Assembly: GCA_963730185.1 (NCBI GenBank)
Contig: CAVSQW010000007.1
Coordinates: 32,001 to 96,000 of the forward strand
Length of the DNA stretch: 64,000 bases
Reading direction: 5' to 3'
From: an uncultured Gemmatimonadales bacterium
GTDB lineage: Bacteria; Gemmatimonadota; Gemmatimonadetes; Gemmatimonadales; GWC2-71-9
The position numbers and the translations under genes were made by a program. This document shows, in pieces, positions 39,247 to 48,867 of this stretch (positions are counted from its first letter, which is position 1; every line of letters starts with the position of its first letter). Below the pieces are notes generated by a model, which was given only the letters and a program-made list of their open reading frames with translations, ran no database searches and had not been told where the DNA came from.

Positions 39247-40302
39247 GTGGCATCGATCGCCGAGGGGCTCGTTTGTCCGGTCCCGGCGGGGACCGCCGAC
39301 CGGGTCCTGCTGGGACACGGCTCCGGTGGCAAGCTGAGCGCCGCGCTGATCCGGGACCGGTTTCTCCCCCACTTCGACAATCCGGTGCTTCGCCAGCTCG
39401 GCGACGGCGCGGTGGTGCCGCTCGGCACCGGCTCGGTGGTGGTCTCCACCGACACCTTCGTGGTGAGCCCACTCGAGTTTCCGGGCGGCAACATCGGGGT
39501 CCTCGCCGTGCACGGGACCCTCAACGACGTCGCCATGATGGGGGCCGCGCCCATCTGCCTCACGGCGGGTTTCGTGCTCGAGGAGGGACTTCCGTTCGAG
39601 GTGCTCGACCGGATCCTCGCCGCCATGGCCGAGGCCACCCGGGCGGCCGGGGTCCCGGTGGTGACCGGCGACACCAAGGTCGTGGAGCGGGGCAAGGCCG
39701 ACGGTCTCTTCATCAACACCACGGGCCTCGGGCTCCTCCGACCCGGCTTCGAGCCGGCGCCCCACCGCGCGGCCCCCGACGACGTGGTGCTGGTGAGCGG
39801 ACCGCTTGGCCGGCATGGGATGGCCATCCTGGCCGCCCGGGAAGGCCTCGCCTTCGAGACCACCATCACCAGCGACAGCGCCAATCTGGTGCCCCTGGTG
39901 GAGCGGCTCCGTGCCGCGGCGGGCGACGCCGTGCATGTGCTCCGCGACCCGACCCGGGGGGGATTGGCCAGCGCGCTCAACGAGATCGCCGCCGCGTCGG
40001 GCGTTGGCGTGGAGCTCGAGGAGCGCGGCATCGTGGTGCCGTCGGACGTCTCGGCCGGGGCGGAGATGCTCGGGCTCGACCCGCTCTACATCGCCAACGA
40101 GGGGGTGCTGGTCGCGCTGGTCGCCCGGGAGCGCGCCGGCGCCGCCCTCGAGGCGCTCCGCGGCCATCCCGTCGGTCGCGACGCGACCGTGGCCGGTCGG
40201 GCCGTCTCGGCCCATCCCGGGCTGGTCGTGCTCCGAACCGCGATCGGCGGCACCCGGGTGGTCGACATGCTCCCGGGCGACCAGTTGCCCCGGATCTGCT
40301 GA
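39247..40302 (+). CDS. hypE: Carbamoyl dehydratase HypE
   Basis: GHGSGG, TDTFVVSP, GDTKVVE, RDPTRGG, C-terminal PRIC. Confidence 0.96.
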   Translation: MASIAEGLVCPVPAGTADRVLLGHGSGGKLSAALIRDRFLPHFDNPVLRQLGDGAVVPLGTGSVVVSTDTFVVSPLEFPGGNIGVLAVHGTLNDVAMMGAAPICLTAGFVLEEGLPFEVLDRILAAMAEATRAAGVPVVTGDTKVVERGKADGLFINTTGLGLLRPGFEPAPHRAAPDDVVLVSGPLGRHGMAILAAREGLAFETTITSDSANLVPLVERLRAAAGDAVHVLRDPTRGGLASALNEIAAASGVGVELEERGIVVPSDVSAGAEMLGLDPLYIANEGVLVALVARERAGAALEALRGHPVGRDATVAGRAVSAHPGLVVLRTAIGGTRVVDMLPGDQLPRIC

Positions 40303-40449
40303 ATCCTTGCCGGTCGCGGTCGGCTCTCGAAGAGAGCAAGCACCTCGACCTCTCCCGGAGCGATTCGACGGCAGCCGATCTCTTCCCCGGAACGAGCCCC
40401 CCTCGAGCCCGGGCTCGGCCGGGCGCAGGCCGAGGCGTAGGTCCCCGGC

Positions 40450-41370
40450 TTACTGGGCCGGGGGCGCCTTCTTGAGGGTGGCGTCGGCCGGGGCCAACTC
40501 CCCCACCTGATAGGTCGGCAGGGTGTAGACCGTCGGCAGGCTGTCCCGGCGGACCAGGAAGGCCGTCGCGGTCGAGTCGAAGCGCAGCGTGGTGGGCGTC
40601 CCGCTCTTGGCGACGAGCTGGATGGTCAGGCCGGGCGAGGCGAAGTTGGCTGAGTCGATCTGGCCGGCGCGCGCGAACCCGTTGCCGCTCAGCTCCTTGA
40701 ACTTGTCCACCAAGGTGGCGACCCGGCTGGAGTCGGTGGCGGTTCCGTCCTCGAAGGTCCAGGTTACCGAGTCTTTCCGGGTCAGGACGTAGTGCATCGG
40801 ACCGTGGGTGATGGCCACCCGCTCGAGGCTGTCCGGATCGACGTGGACGATCCGCTTGTCCCGCCAGTCGTCCACCCGCCGCTCGACGAACTCGACCAGC
40901 CGGCCCCGGACCTGGAAGACCCGCGGCATCCCGGGCCGCCGGACGTAGGCGCTCTCCCAGTTGGCGCCGCGCTTCCCGACCAGCAGCGACAGCACCGTGT
41001 CGGCGCCGCGCCGGATCACCAGCCGGCGGGCGCTGGCGGTGTCGACCCCGAGGCTGGCGTGCGACGACGGACTCTCGGCCACGAGCTCGCTGGTCGCGGC
41101 GGTGTCGGTCACGGCGGCCAGGAACTCCTGGACCCCGGTCGGCGATGCGGGGTAACCGTTCACGGTCCAACCGGCGGCGCCCTTCACCAGCCTGACGGTG
41201 TCGGCGGGGCGGGTCAGGATCACCGTGTCGACCGACGCGGGGTCGAAGGCGACCCGCGGCAGGGTCAGCTCGGTGTCCCGGCCCTGACCGCGAATCACCT
41301 TGAGCCCGAGCCAGAGCACCACCAGGACCACCAGCCCGATGGCGATGCGGCGAAGCTGCTCGTTGCTCAT
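40450..41370 (-). CDS. DUF4340 domain-containing membrane-anchored protein
   Basis: GGAGG RBS; N-terminal TM; W..NGYPA, LGVD, LLVGK, YVRRPG, WRDKRI; position after gldG-like gene. Confidence 0.8.
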   Translation of the reverse strand: MSNEQLRRIAIGLVVLVVLWLGLKVIRGQGRDTELTLPRVAFDPASVDTVILTRPADTVRLVKGAAGWTVNGYPASPTGVQEFLAAVTDTAATSELVAESPSSHASLGVDTASARRLVIRRGADTVLSLLVGKRGANWESAYVRRPGMPRVFQVRGRLVEFVERRVDDWRDKRIVHVDPDSLERVAITHGPMHYVLTRKDSVTWTFEDGTATDSSRVATLVDKFKELSGNGFARAGQIDSANFASPGLTIQLVAKSGTPTTLRFDSTATAFLVRRDSLPTVYTLPTYQVGELAPADATLKKAPPAQ

Positions 41371-43586
41371 GCGGCCTCCTTGGAGCCGGCGAGGGGAGCG
41401 TAGGGCTCCTGGGCGCGGCGCCGACGCCGGACCAGGCGGACCATGCCGAAGACGGCGATCAGGATCGGCAGGCCCGCGACGTTGGCGTACTTGACGCCGT
41501 CGCGGAGGCCGTTGCTGGTGAAGATCAGAGGCGGCGGGCGCCGGTCCTTGGCGCGGATCGAGATGAGGGCCTCGTCCTGCGCCAGCCAGTCGACCGCGTT
41601 GAGGGCGAAGACCAGGTTCTCCGGGCTCCGCTGAATGAATTGGTCGGTCGCGAAGATCGCGTTCCCCACGACCACCAGCCGGGGCGCCTTGCCGCCGGCC
41701 GCGCTGTCGGGGGGCGGCGCCACCTGGACCGCCACGATCCGGGGCTCGAGGTTCGAGCTCGGAGGATCGGTGCTCGGGTCGATCGAGGCGGTGCCGCTCG
41801 AGACCCCGCCCGCGTCGGTGGTGACGAACAGCGGCTGAACGCCCTTGCCGGCCGTGGTGTCGATGCTGCTGGTCCAGGCCAGGCCCAGCTCGGTCAGGTC
41901 GCTGTTGATGGTCGACTGTTTGGTGCTCTGGGCCCGGAGGAAGTAGGGGTAGGGCCGGAGCAGCCGGCCGAACGAGGTCGGGACGCCGATCATCTGATTG
42001 GCCCGGAGGTCGTAGACCAGGTCCTGGGCGATGCTGATGCCCCACGGCGCCAACGCCGGGTTCCACTTCACCTTCCGAGTGGTGGCGATCGGCGCCTGCG
42101 GCGAGATCTCCATCCCCGACTCCATCACCAGGGCTTTCCCGCCCCGAGCCAGGTAATCCTTCACCTTGGCGACCTCGTTCGGGGTGCTGGAGTCACTCAC
42201 CGTCGCGAGGACCAGGACCGAGAGGTCGGTGGGCAGCGGAGTCGAGTCGCCCAGCACCGGGTTCTGCACCACGTACGACTTCTCCAGCGCGTCGCGGAGC
42301 TGACCGAACGACCCGGCCTGCGGGTCCGTCACCATCGCCACCTTCGGTTTGGTGGCCCGGGTGAGCCCCCGGATCATCGTGACCAGTCGATACTCGAGGT
42401 TGTCGGTCCGGTCCACGAACGGGATGGTCTCGTGCTTGTCGGCATGCTGGACCACCAGCCCGAGGTACCCTTGCGAGACCTGGAGCTGGGACTGGCCCAC
42501 GACGTTGAACTGGACCGGCACGATGCCGAGGGTCCTGGCGTCTTCCTCCGCCGTCTTGTCGTCGGCCGGGTCCTTCTCCACTACTCGGACCTTGCCGTGA
42601 CCCGCGGCCCGGAGGTCGCGGAGCAGGTCGTCGAGGTCGCGCTTGGTCAGGGCGAAGTCCGACGGCGGGTTGGCGGTCGCGAACACCTTAATCGTGACCA
42701 GGTCGTCCAGCGAGCCGACCACGTCGCGGGTGGCCTTCGACAGCGTATAGGAGTTCCCGGGGGTGAGGTCGAGCCGGCCCCGGATCTGGCCGCCGGCCAG
42801 GTTCACGACCACCAGCACCGCGATCAGGAGCAGCAGGCCGAGCCGGAGCCGGCCGGCGCTCGCGCTGCCCGGCGAGAGCCGCCGGCGGAGGAGCACGGCG
42901 TAGGCCAGCGAAAGAAAGATCGCCGCCAGCGAGAGGAAATAGAGCAGGTCGCGCAGATCGAGGACGCCCCGGCCGATGGCCTCGAAGTGAGAGAGGACGC
43001 CGAGCCGCGCGGCCGCCGCGCCGATCGCGGGCGGGAGGCCCACCAGGAGCGGATCGAGCCCCACCAGGATCAGCAGGAACATGATCGCCACGCCGAGAAT
43101 GAACGCCGTGATCTGGCTCTGGCTGAGACTCGACGCCCAGACCCCCACGGCGGCGAACCCGGCGGCGAGCAGCAGGGCGCCGATGTACTGGGCCACCACC
43201 GGCCCCCAGGGCAGGTCGCTGCCCAGCGCGATCCCGATCGGCACCAGGAGCGTCGTGGCCAGGGCCAGCGCCAGCACCACCAGCACCCCGAGGTACTTGC
43301 CGATCAGGAGCTCGGCCTCGGAGACCGGCTGCGACAACACGATCTCCAGTAACCCGGCCCGGTTGTCCTCTGCCAGCGAGCGCATCGCCACCGCCGGCAC
43401 GAAGAAGAGGAACACCCAGGGTAGAAGGTCCAGCATCGGGCGGAGCGAGGCCGTGTTCGACAGGTACGCGTTCCGGAAGAACATGAACGCATTGATGGCG
43501 AGGAATACCACCAGCAGGACGTAGCCGGTGGGCTGGTCGAACAGCGCCTTGACCTCGCGTCGCGCGATGGTCCAGATCCGGTTCAT
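41367..43586 (-). CDS. Fused ABC-2 permease (GldF-like) + GldG-like auxiliary protein
   Basis: IARRE..F..P.GY, PAVAMR..AE, GKYLG, GVLDLRD; then RLDLT...YTLS, LEYRL, NAVDWLA, IRAK. Confidence 0.87.
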   Translation of the reverse strand: MNRIWTIARREVKALFDQPTGYVLLVVFLAINAFMFFRNAYLSNTASLRPMLDLLPWVFLFFVPAVAMRSLAEDNRAGLLEIVLSQPVSEAELLIGKYLGVLVVLALALATTLLVPIGIALGSDLPWGPVVAQYIGALLLAAGFAAVGVWASSLSQSQITAFILGVAIMFLLILVGLDPLLVGLPPAIGAAAARLGVLSHFEAIGRGVLDLRDLLYFLSLAAIFLSLAYAVLLRRRLSPGSASAGRLRLGLLLLIAVLVVVNLAGGQIRGRLDLTPGNSYTLSKATRDVVGSLDDLVTIKVFATANPPSDFALTKRDLDDLLRDLRAAGHGKVRVVEKDPADDKTAEEDARTLGIVPVQFNVVGQSQLQVSQGYLGLVVQHADKHETIPFVDRTDNLEYRLVTMIRGLTRATKPKVAMVTDPQAGSFGQLRDALEKSYVVQNPVLGDSTPLPTDLSVLVLATVSDSSTPNEVAKVKDYLARGGKALVMESGMEISPQAPIATTRKVKWNPALAPWGISIAQDLVYDLRANQMIGVPTSFGRLLRPYPYFLRAQSTKQSTINSDLTELGLAWTSSIDTTAGKGVQPLFVTTDAGGVSSGTASIDPSTDPPSSNLEPRIVAVQVAPPPDSAAGGKAPRLVVVGNAIFATDQFIQRSPENLVFALNAVDWLAQDEALISIRAKDRRPPPLIFTSNGLRDGVKYANVAGLPILIAVFGMVRLVRRRRRAQEPYAPLAGSKEAA

Positions 43587-44524
43587 GATGCGGCCCCCTC
43601 GGTGGTGAGCTCGCGGAACAGGTCCTCGAGCCGCCCCGCCTCCTGGTGGAGCTCGTAGAGGGTCCAGCCCTGCTCGACCGCCAGCCGGAAGACCGCCGGC
43701 CGGAGGTCGATGCCGCTCGCCACCGTCACCGAGATCCGGGTTCGTCCGCCGTCGTTCGCCCGGTGCTCGAGACCGGCCACGCCGTCGAGCGCCCCGACCG
43801 CGGCCTCGATCCCGTCACCGATCGCCTCGATGGTCACCGTCGCCGCGCCCTGGGCCCGGTTGATCAGGTCGGCCACCGGGCCGTCGGCCGCCAGGCGCCC
43901 CCGATTGATGATCAGCAGGCGGGAGCAGGTGTGCTCCACCTCGGAGAGCACATGAGTCGAGAGAATCACGGTGCGGTCCTGTCCCAGGTCGCCGATCAGC
44001 CGGCGGATCTCGACCCGCTGGTTGGGATCGAGCCCCTCGGTCGGCTCATCCAGCACCAGGAGATCGGGTTTGTGGAGGATCGCGGCGGCCAGCCCCACCC
44101 GCTGCCGGTAGCCCTTCGACAGCTCCGAGATCGGCCGGTTGAATACCGGCTCGATCCCGGTGGCGTGGACCGCCTCGTCGATCGCGCGGGGGCGCTCGGT
44201 CGGACCGAGCTCGCGGAGCCGGCCCACGAACGCCAGATACTCGGAGACCAGCATCTCGCCGTAGAGCGGATTGTTCTCGGGCAGGTAGCCGATCCGTCGC
44301 TTGGCCTGCTCGCCCGACTCCGCCAGGGGCGTCCCGTCGAACTGGATGCTGCCGCCATCGGGGTCGAGGTATTGGGTAATCATGCGCATGGTGGTCGATT
44401 TGCCGGCCCCGTTGGGGCCGAGAAAGCCGACCACTTCACCGCGGCCGATCGAACACGAGATCCCATCGACCGCGGTGACGCCGTTGAAACGTTTGGAAAC
44501 GCGATCCAACGAGAGGAGAGCCAT
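43583..44524 (-). CDS. ABC transporter ATP-binding protein (GldA-like)
   Basis: GPNGAGKST, YLPENNPLY, LSKGYRQR, LDEPT, STH. Confidence 0.92.
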   Translation of the reverse strand: MALLSLDRVSKRFNGVTAVDGISCSIGRGEVVGFLGPNGAGKSTTMRMITQYLDPDGGSIQFDGTPLAESGEQAKRRIGYLPENNPLYGEMLVSEYLAFVGRLRELGPTERPRAIDEAVHATGIEPVFNRPISELSKGYRQRVGLAAAILHKPDLLVLDEPTEGLDPNQRVEIRRLIGDLGQDRTVILSTHVLSEVEHTCSRLLIINRGRLAADGPVADLINRAQGAATVTIEAIGDGIEAAVGALDGVAGLEHRANDGGRTRISVTVASGIDLRPAVFRLAVEQGWTLYELHQEAGRLEDLFRELTTEGAAS

Positions 44525-44550
44525 GTATGTCCCGTCCGAGGGCTCGGATT

Positions 44551-44638
44551 CGGGCGTCAGTCTATCGCGGACGCCCGTGAGGTTCAAGAGGTGACAACCT
44601 GTCCCGGCGAGATGGCCTCGTCGGGACAAAATGTCACC
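44551..44638 (-). promoter_or_regulatory. Promoter of the Gld-like operon with upstream GACA-N3-TGTC boxes and long inverted repeat
   Basis: Minus strand TTGAAC(44587-82)-N17-TAGACT(44564-59); IR CGGGCGTC-N11-GACGCCCG; imperfect IR 44590-44638. Confidence 0.6.
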
Positions 44639-45863
44639 CCGGGGAGGGTGAGGGCTCCGCCCGGGCGTCCCGGGTGACCCGGAGCGCGAGGAGGAGCGCG
44701 ACGAGCATCATCCCCGCCGCGAGCAGGAACGGTGCCCCGGGCATTCGGACCCGGGCGCTCGCGTCGATGAAGTGGGCGAAGGTGAAGGTGAAGAGCCAGG
44801 GCCCGATCATCCCGGTGACGCCGCGGATGCTGCCGATCGCGCCCTGGAGCTGGCCCTGGTCCGAGGCGCTCACCCGCTGGCTCATCAGGCCCTGCGCCCC
44901 CGGACCGAAGAAGCCGACCGGTGCCCCGAGCACCACGCCCAGCATGAAGGTCCAGCCGGCGGCGGCCACCCCGAAGGTCACCAGGCCGATCAGCCCGAAC
45001 ACCAGCCCGGCCAGGAGCGAGACCCGCTCGCCGAAACGGCGGACCACCGGCCGGACCAGGCCGCCCTGAACGATCACGTTGCCGATCCCGACGGCCGTCA
45101 GCGTGAGACCGATGACCGTCTCGCTCCATCCGTACCGGTAGCCGGCATAGAGCACGAACACGGCCGGAAGCACCTGGTGCGCCACCGAGTAGAGGAAGAA
45201 GACCAGGCCCAGGCCGTAGAGCTCGGGATGCGAACGGAGCAGGCGGAGCGAGCCAACCGGATTGGCCCGCTTCCAGGAGAACGACCGCCGTTGCTCCTTC
45301 GGCAGCGACTCCGGCAGGAGGAAGAGCCCGTAAAGGGCGCCGAGCAGGGTCAGGGCGGCCGCCACCCAGAAGGGCAGCCGGGGGCTGACCGTGCCGAGCA
45401 AACCGCCCAGCGCCGGCCCGAGAATGAACCCAAACCCCCAGGCCGCGCCGATCAGGCCGTAGCTCGCCGCCCGCTTTTCCGGGGGCGTGACGTCGGCGAT
45501 GTAGGCGCCGCCCGTGGTGAACGCGGCGCTGGTGATCCCGGAGATGACCCGCCCCACGAAGAGCCACATCAGGTTGGGCGCCACGGCCATCAAGACGTAG
45601 TCGAACCCGAGGCCGAAGGCCGAGATCACGATCACCGGCCGGCGTCCGACCCGGTCCGAGAGCGAGCCGAGGACCGGCGCGAAGACGAACTGCATCAGCG
45701 CCCATACGGTGCCGAACAGGCCGTAGATCCGGGCCGCCTGGGCGGTGTTCCCATGGAGAAAGTCTTCGATCAGCTTGGGGAGGACCGGGATGATGATCCC
45801 GAACGCGAGGACGTCGAGAACCAGGGTGATGAGGACGAAGGGAACCGCGGCGCGGCGCTTCAT
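44634..45863 (-). CDS. TCR/Tet family MFS transporter
   Basis: [20 protein letters not shown] (motif A), [28 protein letters not shown]. Confidence 0.92.
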   Translation of the reverse strand: MKRRAAVPFVLITLVLDVLAFGIIIPVLPKLIEDFLHGNTAQAARIYGLFGTVWALMQFVFAPVLGSLSDRVGRRPVIVISAFGLGFDYVLMAVAPNLMWLFVGRVISGITSAAFTTGGAYIADVTPPEKRAASYGLIGAAWGFGFILGPALGGLLGTVSPRLPFWVAAALTLLGALYGLFLLPESLPKEQRRSFSWKRANPVGSLRLLRSHPELYGLGLVFFLYSVAHQVLPAVFVLYAGYRYGWSETVIGLTLTAVGIGNVIVQGGLVRPVVRRFGERVSLLAGLVFGLIGLVTFGVAAAGWTFMLGVVLGAPVGFFGPGAQGLMSQRVSASDQGQLQGAIGSIRGVTGMIGPWLFTFTFAHFIDASARVRMPGAPFLLAAGMMLVALLLALRVTRDARAEPSPSPG

Positions 45864-45873
45864 GAGATGGGCA

Positions 45874-47206
45874 TCATCCCTCCACGATCCCGAGCGGCGG
45901 GCGCGACTGCCAGCGCCCCCGGGTGAAGTCCGGCACCGCGATCGGCTTGCCGCCGGCCCGCGACCGACCGCTCGGTCAGGGCCGAGATCACGCTCCAGGC
46001 GGCCGCGTCGTACACGTCCTGGTCCGTCGGCACGCCCTGCTTCAGGCACTCGATCAGCCGCCAGTCCTCGAGGAAGTCCATCCCGCCGTGCCCGAGGGTG
46101 GCCTGCCGGACCTTCTCGCGTCGCCAGAGCGGATGATCGTACTCGTCGAACCAGCGCTCCACCGGATCCCAGGCGTCCTCCTTGGCGCTCATTCCCTCGA
46201 CGTAGACCCGCCGGGGATAGCCCTCGACCAGTCCCTTGGTGCCCTGGACGACGTACTTCCGGCTGTACGGGCGGGGCGAGTTGGTGTTGAAGCTCAGGTA
46301 AATGGACTGGCCCTTCACGGTCTTGATCAACGACACGTTCACGTCGCCGAGACGATAGCTCTCCTGCCGCTTGGGGCTGTCGGCCGGGACGTGCTCCTTC
46401 GCCCAGGCCTGGAGCCCCCGCGAGGGACCCGACATCGACACCAGATAGTCGAACTGATTGCCCCGGTTGATGCTCATGCACTGGGCCACGGGCCCCAGCC
46501 CGTGGGTGGGGTAGAGATTGCCGTTCCGGTGTACCGCGTGGGCCCGCCGCCAGAGCCCTTCACCCTCGTCGGCGAACTTGATCGCCCGGAGGTCGTGGTC
46601 GTAGCCGCACTCGCCGTGGAGGATCTCGCCCAGGATTCCGAGCCGGGTCAGGTGGAGCGCCAGCATCTCCAGCCGGTCGTAACAGCAGTTCTCCATCATC
46701 AGGCAGTGGAGCCCGGTCTGTTCGGCCGTCTCCACCAGCTGCCAGCACTCGTCCAGGGTCACCGCGGCCGGCACCTCGGTGGCGGCGTGCTTCCCGTGCT
46801 GCATGGCGCTGACGCAGACGGGCACGTGCCACTCCCACGGCGTGGCCGTGAAGACCAGGTCCAGGTCCTCCTCGGCGGTGAGCCGCTCGAAGTCGCGAGG
46901 GCCCCGGTCGTAGCCGGTGGGCTTGGGCTGTCCGGCCTCGACCACCGTGGCCTGCGCCCGGCTCACCTTCTCGGGCACGATGTCGCACACCGCCTTGAGC
47001 TCCACCCCGTCGATCGCCAGCAGGTTCTCGAGGTGGACCGTGCCCTGGCCGCCGATCCCCACCAGACCGATCCGGACCCGCTCCATCGGGCCCCGCCGGA
47101 GCGGCGGATGCCCGGCCGGAAGGGGCCTCACCAGCGGCCCGACCGCGCCGACTGCCAACGCGGCCCGCAAGAGATCCCGCCGGGAGAGGTCGGAGGACGA
47201 GGTCAT
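45874..47206 (-). CDS. Gfo/Idh/MocA oxidoreductase, GH109 (alpha-N-acetylgalactosaminidase)-like, Tat-exported; frameshift near 45955
   Basis: SRRDLL; GIGGQG; ATPWEWH; ENCCY; YPTHGLGP; GHGGMD; GH109-like tail PDFTRGRW in shifted frame ending TGA 45874. Confidence 0.85.
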
Positions 47207-47223
47207 GATGGCCGCCCCGCGGC

Positions 47224-48636
47224 TCAGGAGGTCTTCTCGGGCGAGGTCAGCGCCCGGAGCATGTCGTGCCAGAACCGCGACGCGTCGTGGAACTCCTTCA
47301 CCCCCACCCGCTCGTCCCGACCGTGGGCCCGGACGTCGTTCACGTTCTCGAAGATGGCGCTCACGCCATAAACCGGGATGCCCACGTTCCGGACGTAGAG
47401 TCCATCGGTCGCGCCGGTCGACATCTCGGGCACGACCGGAATGCCGGGCCAATACCGCTCCACCAGACGGTCGATCGGCGCCATCACGTCCGGCCGGAGC
47501 GGCGAGGCCGGGCTGGCGGTGGGCTCCGCCGCCCGGCGAAACGAGATCGCGGTGTCGTCCACCACCCGGGCCAGCGTCGCTTGGACCGAATCGGGCGACT
47601 TGCCGGGAAGGATCCGGCAGTTGACCGTGGCCTGGGCCAGCTGGGGCAGGGCGTTGTCCGCGTGACCGGCGAAGAGCCGGGTCGCGACGCAGGTCGTCCG
47701 CATCACCGAGTTCCAATAGGGCGAGGCCGCCGCTACCCGCCGCGCCGCCCCCGGGTCGCCCGTTTCGACCAGGGATCGCATCGCGGCGGCGAGCGGACCC
47801 GTCTCGGTAGCGGCCGTCTTGGCGAAGTAGGCCCGACTCACCTCGTTGAGCTCAATCGGGAAGTCGAACCGCTCCAGCTTGGCCAGGCCGTCGGCCAGAT
47901 GGTAGATCGCGTTGTCGCGGATCGGGATCGAGCTGTGGCCGCCCTTGTTCCGGACCTCCAGGATGAAGGTCAGATACATCTTCTCGCTGGCCTGCACCGA
48001 GAACGCCTGCGGCTTCCCGTCCTGGAGCGCGCCGCCGCCCGCGTCGGTATTGAGCGCGTAGTCGGCGTCGATCAGGTCGCGGTGCTGGCTCACCAGCCAC
48101 TTGATGGCGTCGCCACTCGTCTCCTCGTCGCTGGTGAGCACCATGATCAGGTCGCGATCGGGCACGAAGCCCTCGCGCCGGAGCCGGATCAGGTTCGCGA
48201 TCAGGATGGTGGCGCCCGCCTTGTTGTCGCTGGTGCCGCGGCCGTAGTAGTAGCCGTCCTCTTCCCGGAACTGATAGGGATCGAACGACCAGTCTTCCCG
48301 CCGGGCGTCGACCACGTCGAGATGCGCCATCAGCAGGATTGGCTTTTTGCCCGCCGCCCGCCCCCGGTAGCGGGCCACCACGTTCTGATGGCGGGCGTCC
48401 TTGCCGAGAACCTGGACATCGGCTTCGGGGAAGCCGGCCTGGACCAGCCGGGCCTCGACCCGATGGGCCAGGATCGGCGTGTTGCCCGCCGAGTCGCTGG
48501 TGTTGACCTCGATCAGCGCTTTGAAGATCTCGCGCTCGAGGGCCCGCTGATCGGCTCTGCCCTGCTGCGCCGGGAGCGGGGCGGGCGCCAGCGCCAGGGA
48601 CAGGGCGAGCATCGGGAAGAATGAGGAAAGGCGCAT
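47224..48636 (-). CDS. M20/M25/M40 family metallo-hydrolase, exported
   Basis: Signal peptide; AHLDVV, GRGTSDNK, DEE, GGHSS, GATD, AHGRDER. Confidence 0.92.
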   Translation of the reverse strand: MRLSSFFPMLALSLALAPAPLPAQQGRADQRALEREIFKALIEVNTSDSAGNTPILAHRVEARLVQAGFPEADVQVLGKDARHQNVVARYRGRAAGKKPILLMAHLDVVDARREDWSFDPYQFREEDGYYYGRGTSDNKAGATILIANLIRLRREGFVPDRDLIMVLTSDEETSGDAIKWLVSQHRDLIDADYALNTDAGGGALQDGKPQAFSVQASEKMYLTFILEVRNKGGHSSIPIRDNAIYHLADGLAKLERFDFPIELNEVSRAYFAKTAATETGPLAAAMRSLVETGDPGAARRVAAASPYWNSVMRTTCVATRLFAGHADNALPQLAQATVNCRILPGKSPDSVQATLARVVDDTAISFRRAAEPTASPASPLRPDVMAPIDRLVERYWPGIPVVPEMSTGATDGLYVRNVGIPVYGVSAIFENVNDVRAHGRDERVGVKEFHDASRFWHDMLRALTSPEKTS

Positions 48637-48823
48637 GAAACGCTCGGGATTCTCGGGACTCGGGAATTGCTGCGGAGGCCAAATATACGTCGGGTGGCTG
48701 GCGCCGGGCTCGACCGGGTCGTCGCCCGCCTCTTCGCCCCGACCCGGCACCCCTCTCCCGATGGCGCCTGGCCGAGAGGCTTGCGGAATCCGGGATCCGG
48801 GTCGAACGTAGTAGCCGTCGAGA

Positions 48824-48835
48824 TTTGTATACAAA
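48824..48835. promoter_or_regulatory. Perfect palindrome, GntR/FadR-like operator
   Basis: TTTGTATACAAA in the divergent M20/serine hydrolase intergenic region. Confidence 0.6.
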
Positions 48836-48867
48836 ACTGAGTGCCGTGCTCATTCCCGGAGGTCGTC

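Noticed and set aside
40303..40449. Small hairpins after hypE (GCTCTC-GAA-GAGAGC) as a possible ncRNA
   Set aside because: No recognisable RNA family features; consistent with ordinary terminator-like structure between convergent operons
44634..45863. Acquired tetracycline resistance gene
   Set aside because: TCR/Tet-family MFS, but no tetR or mobile element nearby and host-like composition; substrate cannot be assigned
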